From Macrostomum lignano (taxonomy: Eukaryota), in NCBI GenBank assembly GCA_002269645.1, contig NIVC01001918.1, forward strand, positions 1-64,000: DNA of 64,000 nucleotides, written 5' to 3'. Positions 46,697-60,019 of this stretch are shown piece by piece. Position 1 is the stretch's first letter; the number at the start of each line of letters is the position of its first letter. The translations under genes and the position numbers were made by a program. The notes below the pieces were generated by a model that was not told the origin of the DNA, did not search any database, and was given only the letters and a program-made list of their open reading frames with translations.

Positions 46697-47586
46697 CTCA
46701 CCCCTACCCTGATCATCAGCGTTCTTCAGAGCAACCACCTCACTCCCCTAACCTGATCATCAGCGTTCTTCAGAGCAACCACCTCACTCCCCTACCCTGA
46801 TCATCAGTGTTCTTCAGAGCAACCACCTCACTCCCCTACCCTGATCATCAGCGTTCTTCAGAGTAACCACCTCACTCTCCTACCCTGATCATCAGTGTTC
46901 TTCAGAGCAACCACCTCACTCCCCTACCCTGATCATCAGCGTTCTTCAGAGCAACCACCTCACTCCCCTACCCTGATCATCAGTGTTCTTCAGAGCAACC
47001 ACCTCACTCCCCTACCCTGATCATCAGTGTTCTTCAGAGCAACCACCTCACTCCCCTACCCTGATCATCAGCGTTCTTCAGAGCAACCACCTCACTCCCC
47101 TACCCTGATCATCAGTGTTCTTCAGAGCAACCACCTCACTCCCCTACCCTGATCATCAGCGTTCTTCAGAGCAACCACCTCACTCCCCTACCCTGATTAT
47201 CAGTGTTCTTCAGAGCAACCACCTCACTCCCCTACCCTGATCATCAGCGTTCTTCAGAGCAACCACCTCACTCCCCTACCCTGATTATCAGTGTTCTTCA
47301 GAGCAACCACCTCACTCTCCTACCCTGATCATCAGCGTTCTTCAGAGCAACCACCTCACTCCCCTACCCTGATTATCAGTGTTCTTCAGAGCAACCACCT
47401 CACTCCCCTACCCTGATCATCAGCGTTCTTCAGAGCAACCACCTCACTCCCCTACCCTGATTATCAGTGTTCTTCAGAGCAACCACCTCACTCCCCTACC
47501 CTGATCATCAGCGTTCTTCAGAGCAACCACCTCACTCCCCTACCCTGATCATCAGCGTTCTTCAGAGCAACCACCTCACTCCCCTT
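46697..47586. repeat. 44-bp minisatellite (~20 copies)
   Basis: AACCACCTCACTCCCCTACCCTGATCATCAGCGTTCTTCAGAGC. Confidence 0.97.
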
Positions 47587-48486
47587 CTCTCCATAATGCT
47601 CTCTTCGCCTTAACCCTAAAACATTAACCATCACTGCAAACTTTTATATTTTATCGATGACACTGCAACTTTTCCACTTAGCTTTAAGTATCTACCATAT
47701 CGATTTAACTATTCATCGAAGTTATATTCAATATTATATTCTATCCTGCAATATCAAAACTACAAAGACTGCTCCTACCAGACTACTAACAAAGTCGAAT
47801 GAGTAGAAACTAAGGAAATAGCACTGTCGTAATTATCTACTACTGAGCAATAAAAGCACAATTGAAATTTTCTCCTCATCAAACTTTCGCTGGTGGAGTT
47901 TCTCAATTTTGTGCACTGAAATTTCACTTGAAGGGGAGCATTGCTGGATACACTTTTGCTACAAAGAATCCATCCCATTGTGCACGGCAGGGCCAGGATG
48001 CAGTTGAGCCAATCGTGATAAATTTCCGAAAGGCAAAAAATATTTCAAAGATTCTTTTGTGCGCGCCGCAGTTCACAATGGCGGGCGGCGATCGTAAAAA
48101 AAGGGCTGGACTGGCCGGTTTTGAATCAGCGACCAACTTATTCAGCAAGAAAATATGATCGCTATTGATAAAAAGAAAGTCAGGTAGGTAAGCTGCTTTT
48201 AGGAGGACTGCGCGGATGACCGCGAATATGGGCGACTGGCTGGGAAACTGATGATCAGGTGCTTGCTGAGAGAATCGGCTGTATATCAAAATTTTGCTTT
48301 AATGGGTTTCATATTATGGCGAACATTTGCGGTATTCAGAACGAGTATGTAGAGCGCAGATAAAAAAAATTATAGCCATTATAATTTTTACTATAGTAGA
48401 TTTATTAACTCATTTTAAAGGTATCTACCATTGAGCATTTAATGACTCAGAAAGAGACTGTGAGGGAAAAGAGGGGAAGTGGCAAT

Positions 48487-49222
48487 AGGGTGAGCAGAAG
48501 AGAGTGAGGGTGAGCAGAAGAGAGTGAGGGTGAGCAGAAGAGAGTGAGGGTGAGCAGGAGAGAGTGAGGGTGAGCAGGAGAGAGTGAGGGTGAGCAGGAG
48601 AGAGTGAGGGTGAGCAGGAGAGAGTGAGGGTGAGCAGGAGAGAGTGAGGGTGAGCAGGAGAGAGTGAGGGTGAGCAGAAGAGAGTGAGGGTGAGCAGGAG
48701 AGAGTGAGGGTGAGCAGGAGAGAGTGAGGGTGAGCAGGAGAGAGTGAGGGTGAGCAGGAGAGAGTGAGGGTGAGCAGAAGAGAGTGAGGGTGAGCAGGAG
48801 AGAGTGAGGGTGAGCAGGAGAGAGTGAGAGTGAGCAGGAGAGAGTGAGGGTGAGCAGAAGAGAGTGAGGGTGAGCAGGAGAGAGTGAGGGTGAGCAGAAG
48901 AGAGTGAGGGTGAGCAGAAGAGAGTGAGGGTGAGCAGAAGAGAGTGAGGGTGAGCAGAAGAGAGTGAGGGTGAGCAGAAGAGAGTGAGGGTGAGCAGAAG
49001 AGAGTGAGGGTGAGCAGAAGAGAGTGAGGGTGAGCAGGAAAGAGTGAGGGTGAGCAGGAGAGAGTGAGGGTGAGCAGAAGAGAGTGAGGGTGAGCAGGAG
49101 AGAGTGAGGGTGAGCAGGAAAGAGTGAGGGTGAGCAGGAGAGAGTGAGGGTGAGCAGAAGAGAGTGAGGGTGAGCAGAAGAGAGTGAGGGTGAGCAGAAG
49201 AGAGTGAGGGTGAGCAGGAGAG
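48487..49222. repeat. 20-bp minisatellite (~36 copies)
   Basis: GGGTGAGCAG(G/A)AGAGAGTGA. Confidence 0.97.
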
Positions 49223-49654
49223 AAGAGGTGAGGCATTTGACCAGCACTAACAATGTTCGCTGTGTTCGCGCGAGCCATCGGTAGATATAGGCAGTCAGCC
49301 AGACGACAGCGAGAAGAGCATCCTGACTCAGACTCGCCACCGGCCTGTCTGCTTATCAGATGAGATAAGAAGGTATCCCATTTCTGCTTTGGCGAATCGA
49401 ATGCTCACTAGTTAATTGGAAATTTTATACGAGTATGGCCAGGCAAAGAATTGAGGCCTCGATTTGATCGAATTTCTATTTGGTCTCCGGTGTCTGTTTT
49501 TTTATTCCCTAAGGTCAAGGCATCAAGAGATTAAAATCTTTCATTTTATAATTAGCTTTAATTGCTATTTGACTTAATAAACTATCAAACTTAAGTTTTT
49601 TACAAACTTGGTGTTTCTAAGGGACAGGCTGCGAGTGATAGGTGTGTACAGGCT

Positions 49655-51660
49655 GAGAGAGACAGGTGGACAGGCTGAGAGAGACAGGTGGACAGGCTGA
49701 GAGAGACAGGTGGACAGAATGAGAGAGACAGGTGGACAGGATGAGAGAGACAGGTGGACAGAATGAGAGAGACAGGTGGACAGGATGAGAGAGACAGGTG
49801 GACAGGATGAGAGAGACAGTGACAGGCTGAGAGAGACAGGGACAGGCTGGGAGAGACAGGGACAGGCTGAGAGAGACAGGGACAGGCTGGGAGAGACAGG
49901 GACAGGCTGAGAGAGACAGGGACAGGCTGAGAGAGACAGTGACAGGCTGAGAGAGACAGTGACAGGCTGAGAGAGACAGTGACAGGCTGAGAGAGACAGG
50001 TGGACAGGCTGTGAGAGACAGGTGGACAGGCTGAGAGAGACAGGTGGACAGGCTGTGAGAGACAGGTGGACAGGCTGAGAGAGACAGGTGGACAGGCTGA
50101 GAGAGACAGGTGGACAGGCTGAGAGAGACAGGTGGACAGGCTGAGAGAGACAGGGACAGGCTGAGAGAGACAGGTGGACAGAATGAGAGAGACAGGTGGA
50201 CAGGATGAGAGAGACAGGTGGACAGGATGAGAGAGACAGGTGGACAGGATGAGAGAGACAGGTGGACAGAATGAGAGAGACAGGTGGACAGGATGAGAGA
50301 GACAGGTGGTCATAATGAGAGAGACAGGTGGACAGGATGAGAGAGACAGGTGGACAGGATGAGAGAGACAGGTGGTCATAATGAGAGAGACAGGTGGACA
50401 GGATGAGAGAGACAGGTGGACAGGCTGAGAGAGACAGGTGGACAGGCTGAGAGAGACAGGTGGACAGGATGAGAGAGACAGGTGGACAGGCTGAGAGAGA
50501 CAGGTGGACAGGATGAGAGAGACAGGTGGACAGGCTGAGAGAGACAGGTGGACAGGCTGAGAGAGACAGGTGGACAGGCTGAGAGAGACAGGTGGACAGG
50601 CTGGGAGAGACAGGGACAGGCTGAGAGAGACAGGGACAGGCTGGGAGAGACAGGGACAGGCTGAGAGAGACAGGGACAGGCTGGGAGAGACAGTGACAGG
50701 CTGAGAGAGACAGGTGGACAGGCTGAGAGAGACAGGTGGACAGGCTGAGAGAGACAGGTGGACAGGCTGAGAGAGACAGGTGGACAGGCTGAGAGAGACA
50801 GGTGGACAGGCTGAGAGAGACAGGTGGACAGGCTGAGAGAGACAGGTGGACAGGCTGAGAGAGACAGGTGGACAGGCTGAGAGAGACAGGGACAGGCTGA
50901 GAGAGACAGGGACAGGCTGGGAGAGACAGGGACAGGCTGAGAGAGACAGGGACAGGCTGAGAGAGACAGGTGGACAGGCTGAGAGAGACAGGTGGACAGG
51001 CTGAGAGAGACAGGTGGACAGGCTGAGAGAGACAGGTGGACAGGCTGAGAGAGACAGGTGGACAGGCTGAGAGAGACAGGTGGACAGGCTGAGAGAGACA
51101 GGTGGACAGGCTGAGAGAGACAGGTGGACAGGCTGAGAGAGACAGGTGGACAGGCTGAGAGAGACAGGGACAGGCTGAGAGAGACAGGGACAGGCTGGGA
51201 GAGACAGGGACAGGCTGAGAGAGACAGGGACAGGCTGAGAGAGACAGGTGGACAGGCTGAGAGAGACAGGTGGACAGGCTGAGAGAGACAGGTGGACAGG
51301 CTGAGAGAGACAGGTGGACAGGCTGAGAGAGACAGGTGGACAGGCTGAGAGAGACAGGTGGACAGGCTGAGAGAGACAGGTGGACAGGCTGAGAGAGACA
51401 GGTGGACAGGCTGAGAGAGACAGGGACAGGCTGAGAGAGACAGGGACAGGCTGGGAGAGACAGGGACAGGCTGAGAGAGACAGGGACAGGCTGGGAGAGA
51501 CAGGGACAGGCTGAGAGAGACAGGGACAGGCTGAGAGAGACAGGGACAGGCTGAGAGAGACAGGGACAGGCTGGGAGAGACAGGGACAGGCTGAGAGAGA
51601 CAGGGACAGGCTGAGAGAGACAGGTGGACAGAATGAGAGAGACAGGTGGACAGGTTGAGA
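49655..51660. repeat. 19-21-bp minisatellite, ~2 kb
   Basis: GACAGGCTGAGAGAGACAGG(TG/G) with variant blocks. Confidence 0.97.
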
Positions 51661-52445
51661 GGAGATAAAGATAAAATAAGGACAGATAGAAATAGACAGG
51701 TAAAAGATAGAGATATAATTAGAAATATACTGAAAGGCAAATACAGGTGGGATAAGAGGGCCAGGCGGTGAGCACAGGCAGAGAATCAAAGGTTGTAAAA
51801 AGCGACAGTGTAAAACGCCTTGAATGGCCCACTTGAGCTGCACGTGTAAACTCAGTGCCCGGTCGGACTGAGTGTGAGCAGAGGGTGGACAAGAAGGATG
51901 GCGCCTCAGCTCAAAGAGAAGCTGCCGCCGCCACCGCCCTACTCTGAGCAGTGCTGAGCAGTAGATCTATCACAGGCTCATATTAAAGCAGCACGCTGGT
52001 TTTTTAGAGGATTGGGGATTGGGGTGGAGCAGGGGTCGCTGCTCACGACAGTTGCATCAGCCATGGAGAGTATCAACCAGAATCTGGCACGCACTCACAC
52101 ACACAGGGTGTACAGCAGCCCTGACTTTCTGATCGCCAGTCTTGACAGAAGTTTTGAGAACTTTAGTAAAAGAAAAGAAACTCGGTAATTTATGGTCTTG
52201 AAATTTCGGATTTGAACAAGAGTTGGGATACTCCAGATCCTTAGTCAACGGTCTCCATGCGTCAGCTCACATTCACAGCTTCACCGCCCCACCACCAACG
52301 CCTCCCGCCTCATTAAGGGCTGCTCAAGCACTGACTGAGCACTCCCTCTTCCCCAAACAGCTGCTGTGAGTTACAAGCTGCGATTGCCGCTGTCCGACAG
52401 CAAAACAGATTTCTTGCCATCTCTGGTTTAAATTTTTTAACCAAC

Positions 52446-52478
<33 letters not shown>

Positions 52479-52964
52479 TCAATCACGGCACTCCGGCAAA
52501 GAGTTTCTCTATCTGTCTGTCGTCGGTCTGTCTCAGCTAGTCCTCTCCTCGGCCCAGTCCTAATGAATAAAACATGAAGCTTGATCAAGCGCAGCGTAGA
52601 GTGAACAGCGCCGCTGCCGCTGTTAAAGCCGAGTGCAGCTACCGTTGGTTTTTCGTTTTATCAAACTGATTTATTTTCTTGGTTCTTCCTTCAGAGTCTG
52701 CACTGGGGCGTTCGGGTGTCTTGCTCTTCCAGCTCGGTTGCTTCTCGAGTTTAGTTTGGTCTGGTTTGAGCTCAGCTCGTTACGCAACTGAGGTCCGCCA
52801 CGCGGGGGTGGGGGGAAGCCACTTCTAGTGAATTGCTGGAGTGCCATCTTAATATCGATTCAGTGTAGGGTTCTATGGATAAGGGCTTTTAGCTTGAGTC
52901 TTCAAGACTGCAGTTGAATCATTAGAAAGTGCGAGTGGTAGTGTAAGAATAAAGACATAACGAT

Positions 52965-55900
52965 AGAGACTGGGGGACAGAGACTGGGAATAGAGACTGG
53001 GAATAGAGACTGGGGAATGGAGACTGGGAATAGAGACTGGGGAATGGAGACTGGGAATAGAGACTGGGAATAGAGACTGGGAATAGAGACTGGGAATAGA
53101 GACTGGGAATGGAGACTGGGAATAGAGACTGGGAATAGAGACTGGGGAATGGAGACTGGGAATAGAGACTGGGGAATGGAGACTGGGAATAGAGACTGGG
53201 AATAGAGACTGGGAATAGAGACTGGGGAATAGAGACTGGGAATAGAGACTGGGGAATAGAGACTGGGAATAGAGACTGGGGAATAGAGACTGGGAAGAGA
53301 GACTGGGGAAGAGAGACTGGGGAATAGAGACTGGGAATGGAGACTGGGGAAGAGAGACTGGGAATGGAGACTCGGGAATAGAGACTGGGAATGGAGACTG
53401 GGAATGGAGACTGGGGAATAGAGACTGGGAATGGAGACTCGGGAATAGAGACTGGGGAATAGAGACTGGGGAATAGAGACTGGGAATGGAGACTGGGAAT
53501 GGAGACTCGGGAATAGAGACTGGGAATGGAGACTGGGAATGGAGACTGGGAATAGAGACTGGGAATAGAGACTGGGAATAGAGACTGGGAATAGAGACTG
53601 GGAATAGAGACTGGGAATAGAGACTGGGGAATAGAGACTGGGAATAGAGACTGGGAATGGAGACTGGGAATGGAGACTGGGAATAGAGACTGGGAATAGA
53701 GACTGGGAATAGAGACTGGGAATGGAGACTGGGAATGGAGACTGGGGAATAGAGACTGGGAATGGAGACTGGGAATAGAGACTGGGAATAGAGACTGGGA
53801 ATAGAGACTGGGAATGGAGACTGGGGAATAGAGACTGGGAATAGAGACTGGGAATAGAGACTGGGAATGGAGACTGGGAATGGAGACTCGGGAATAGAGA
53901 CTGGGAATGGAGACTCGGGAATAGAGACTGGGGAATAGAGACTGGGGAATAGAGACTGGGGAATAGAGACTGGGGAATAGAGACTGGGGAATAGAGACTG
54001 GGGAATAGAGACTGGGGAATAGAGACTGGGGAATAGAGACTGGGGAATGGAGACTGGGGAATAGAGACTGGGAATGGAGACTGGGAATGGAGACTCGGGA
54101 ATAGAGACTGGGGAATGGAGACTGGGGAATAGAGACTGGGGAATAGAGACTGGGAATAGAGACTGGGGAATAGAGACTGGGAATGGAGACTGGGAATGGA
54201 GACTCGGGAATAGAGACTGGGGAATGGAGACTGGGGAATAGAGACTGGGGAATAGAGACTGGGAATAGAGACTGGGGAATAGAGACTGGGGAAGAGAGAC
54301 TGGGGAAGAGAGACTGGGGAAGAGAGACTGGGGAAGAGAGACTGGGGAAGAGAGACTGGGGAATAGAGACTGGGGAATAGAGACTGGGAAGAGAGACTGG
54401 GGAAGAGAGACTGGGGAAGGGAGACTGGGGAATAGAGACTGGGGAATGGAGACTGGGAATGGAGACTCGGGAATAGAGACTGGGAATGGAGACTCGGGAA
54501 TAGAGACTGGGGAATAGAGACTGGGGAATAGAGACTGGGGAATAGAGACTGGGGAATAGAGACTGGGGAATAGAGACTGGGGAATAGAGACTGGGGAATA
54601 GAGACTGGGGAATAGAGACTGGGGAATAGAGACTGGGGAATAGAGACTGGGGAATGGAGACTGGGGAATAGAGACTGGGAATGGAGACTGGGAATGGAGA
54701 CTCGGGAATAGAGACTGGGGAATGGAGACTGGGGAATAGAGACTGGGGAATAGAGACTGGGAATAGAGACTGGGGAATAGAGACTGGGAATGGAGACTGG
54801 GAATGGAGACTCGGGAATAGAGACTGGGGAATGGAGACTGGGAATAGAGACTGGGGAATAGAGACTGGGGAAGAGAGACTGGGGAAGAGAGACTGGGGAA
54901 GAGAGACTGGGGAATAGAGACTGGGGAAGAGAGACTGGGGAAGAGAGACTGGGGAATAGAGACTGGGAATAGAGACTGGGGAAGAGAGACTGGGGAAGAG
55001 AGACTGGGGAAGAGAGACTGGGGAATGGAGACTGGGGAATAGAGACTGGGGAATGGAGACTGGGAATGGAGACTCGGGAATAGAGACTGGGAATGGAGAC
55101 TCGGGAATAGAGACTGGGGAATAGAGACTGGGGAATAGAGACTGGGAATGGAGACTGGGAATGGAGACTGGGGAATAGAGACTGGGAATAGAGACTGGGA
55201 ATAGAGACTGGGAATGGAGACTGGGAATGGAGACTCGGGAATAGAGACTGGGAATGGAGACTCGGGAATAGAGACTGGGGAATAGAGACTGGGGAATAGA
55301 GACTGGGGAAGAGAGACTGGGGAAGAGAGACTGGGGAAGAGAGACTGGGGAATGGAGACTGGGGAATAGAGACTGGGGAATAGAGACTGGGAATAGAGAC
55401 TGGGGAATAGAGACTGGGGAAGAGAGACTGGGGAACGGAGACTGGGGAAGAGAGACTGGGGAATGGAGACTGGGGAATAGAGACTGGGGAATAGAGACTG
55501 GGGAATGGAGACTGGGGAAGAGAGACTGGGGAATGGAGACTGGGGAATAGAGACTAGGGAAGAGAGACTGGGGAATGGAGACTGGGGAAGAGAGACTGGG
55601 GAATGGAGACTGGGGAATAGAGACTGGGGAATAGAGACTGGGGAATAAAGACTAGGGAAGAGAGACTGTGGAATGGAGACTGGGGAAGAGAGACTGGGGA
55701 ATGGAGACTGGGGAAGAGAGACTGGGGAATGGAGACTGGGGAAGAGAGACTGGGGAATGGAGACTGGGGAATAGAGACTAGGGAAGAGAGACTGGGGAAT
55801 AGAGACTGGGGAAGAGAGACTGGGGAAGAGAGACTGGGGAATAGAGACTAGGGAAGAGAGACTGGGGAATGGAGACTGGGGAATGGAGACTGGGGAAGAG

Positions 55901-55975
55901 AGACTGGGGAATAGAGACTGGGGAAGAGAGACTGGGGAAGAGAGACTGGGGAATAGAGACTGGGGAATAGAGACA
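52965..55975. repeat. 14-15-bp G-rich minisatellite, ~3 kb
   Basis: GAGACTGGG(G)AA(TA/TG/GA); source of the spurious 1202-aa ORF. Confidence 0.97.
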
Positions 55976-56009
55976 GAATAGAGACAAAGGATAAATGGAA
56001 AGATAATTA

Positions 56010-56185
56010 ATACACACAGAGGGTGAATGGGGAGATAAGGGACACACACAGAGGGTGAATGGGGAGATAAGGGACACACACAGAGGGTGAATGGGGAGAT
56101 AAGGGACACACACAGAGGGTGAATGGGGTGATAAGGGACACACACAGAGGGTGAATGGGGAGATAATTGACGCATAGAGGGTAAA
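56010..56185. repeat. 32-bp minisatellite (~5 copies)
   Basis: ACACACAGAGGGTGAATGGGGAGATAAGGGAC. Confidence 0.9.
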
Positions 56186-57163
56186 TGGGGAGATAACGGA
56201 AACAGACTCAGACGGCAAGAAGGAGAAGAAAGTGAGACAGGGGAGGCACAGCGGGGAGAAGGGGGTGCGGGCAAGAAGCGCAGCTGCCAAACTAAATTGC
56301 CTTGGGTGAAGCCGAGCGTGAACTTTGCATGCGTTGCTAATTCTTCCCTCCTGCTATCGCCATGCATAGTGAGCTGGGTCTGGGCCAGCCGATCCAGCGA
56401 ATTTCGTGACATCAATGTCTGAGATGAAAATTTTACGACTCTTCCTCCGCGAGCTGCTCGCTTTAAACTGCTAACTGACAATCAGCCCCTGGGAGACACG
56501 GGGACTCAGGCGCTTGAGCTGACGGGAACTGGGGACTATGCAGCTACCACCGCCCTGGCTGAGTTAAAATTGAATGCTTGCAGTTGATTAATTTTCTTTG
56601 CTAGGCGCCAACTAAATCCCGGCTTAGCTTCACCTTGATGCAACAGCAGAGCACAGCAGGGAGCTTGCAGCCGGATTCCATAATACCCTGGAGGTCGGGA
56701 CCCCCAGCTGCCTGTCCTGTTGCTTCATGCATTATTTGGCAGCTCTTCGTGGCTTGAATGTGGACTCCTGTGTTCTGGCAGAGCAGAGAGTGGGGTAGGC
56801 AGTGGAATTTTGGATCATCTCGCCTCATCCCCCATACGTATCTTTTTCTCCCAAAGACGAGAGAAAGACGGAGGCAAGTGAACAGACTTCTTCTGCTTTG
56901 GTGGTGTTCTGAGATAAACTTCTCGGCTTCCAACTTCTGCCGCTTTTCCCCGAGTTTCCAAGAGAACTTTTGATAAGCGATATTTGATGCTGGTCATTGG
57001 GGTAGGAAAATTCTGTTTGAGAAAATATGCTAATGAGTGATGGAGAATTGCAATGGAATATTTGGAATGTTTGAAATAGTCAGAATGGGGATAGAAATGT
57101 GTGTGGGGCTAGAGAGGGGAGAGGGGAGAGAAGCGGAGAAGGGGAGAGAGAGGCAGAGATAGA

Positions 57164-57282
<119 letters not shown>

Positions 57283-58148
57283 GAAGATTGGAAAGGCAAG
57301 AAACGGTATGGAGTGATAGGGAGAGGGAAGATGATGAGGGAGTGAGGGGTAGAAAGCATCTGGCAAAATTGCCTTAAAGCGCCATCAATTCCGGGGCCGA
57401 CCAGAGCAAAGCGAAAATCATCCCGATATCGGCAGCGCCACTTGACTGTCATCGCGGCCGATTCCCACGATGCCGCTTTAATAGGATTAACATTTGGTAT
57501 CCGAGGGGCCGAGCGGCCGGGCAATATTCGCTTGGTTTATTGCCGTTATCAGCGCGATGGGAGAGAACTGTTGCGTAATCGCTTTTTGAGGCAGCCTTCA
57601 GATCCCGGATCTCCACGGGCGCGGCCAGTCATCCGGGCTTAGAAAATGACAGCGTCGTGCCGCGGCCTGTTTCATTGACAACAAAAAATTCGAAAAAAAC
57701 GTCGAGTCGAGTTTCCGCTTCCCGCAGCGAGAAGATGCAAACTGAGACTCGCAAGCGGCTGCTCGGACTGTGGATTCTGATACGGGCCTCTGCGTGCTGC
57801 GGCATCTGAGCATCTCTTGTCAGCGTCTCATCCGCCGCCTTCCCTCAGCCCGTGAGCAGCAGCTGGTCGGACTAGATGAAGGGCGAGAAGAGGGAGCTGG
57901 AGAGGAACGAGCAGGGGAAGGAAAGGAAATGCCACCTGCTGTCTTGGGGTTGGTGAGACCCAACTTGGGAGGAGACCAGCAGGTAAGAGCTGGGTGCTGG
58001 AGACTGGACCATCGCTTGATGAAGCAGATACAGAAAGAAACTGGGAGACAGAAAGCGAATCGCCCTCCTCACTTGGACGGAGTTGAAAGATAAGGGGAGA
58101 GAGATGGGACAGCGGAGCTTGCAGGCTTTCGTGACTAATCACTGCTGG

Positions 58149-59376
<1,228 letters not shown>

Positions 59377-60019
59377 CGCTAGGACACAAAGCCAGGTTTC
59401 TTTGACATTGCACTAGTATTCTGGCTTGAGAATATGCTTCAGTTTATATGCTGTAAAAACGAAATCAATATTTGGTACTTTTCGCCATGACAACAAGAGA
59501 CCCTATAAAAACGCTTCACTTTGAATTTGAACGCTCCGCCGACATAGTCTGTCAGGCTCAAGCTTGCAAAGACAACTAACAACATCTGGGACCCAGCCTA
59601 TCTTGCTGTGCCGTGCCCAGTCTAGCATGACCACAGGACAGTGTATTGCATCTTTCTTGTTTCTCATTTCAAGGCTTGTCATTTTCACCCTGACTGCGCC
59701 TTTGGCGTCCATTCTATTAGGCTACTCATTTGCGAGCTAATCTCCATCGTCTCAAAGAAGCAGCTTCCGCGCTGCATCAAAACCATGCGATTGGTCCGCC
59801 TGATCTGGGATCCAATGGGGAAGCTGCTCCCCTTCCAGCCCCCCTTTCTGCCGGATTAGCCATTCTAAAAGCCGCGGTGTCTCAGCTAGGAGAAAAAAGG
59901 GGAAAATTATCCCAATACAGACTGCGCAAGAATGTTGTCTCATGCCAACAGGAAGTCCCAAATCTGAGAGTCACCGTTTGTTGGGAATTTTAACCAAAGG
60001 TAAGAAATTGTTGACTTAC

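Noticed and set aside
11488-47586. Regularly spaced 31-44-bp repeats as CRISPR arrays
   Set aside because: Units are head-to-tail with no unique spacers, there are no cas genes, and the context is eukaryotic.
52873-56481. 1202-aa ORF and other long ORFs over tandem arrays (23052-24217, 24672-26206, 41674-42363, 48439-49340, 49600-51843, 57828-59413)
   Set aside because: Translations of stop-free repeat units, often open in several frames, and lying in introns or intergenic DNA.
56420-56790. LRR-like fragments (LGDTGTQAL, LAELKLNAC, LRGLNVDSCVL on +; LQGIMESGCKL on -)
   Set aside because: Short, interrupted by stops and seen on both strands; cannot be joined into a credible repeat array without a search.
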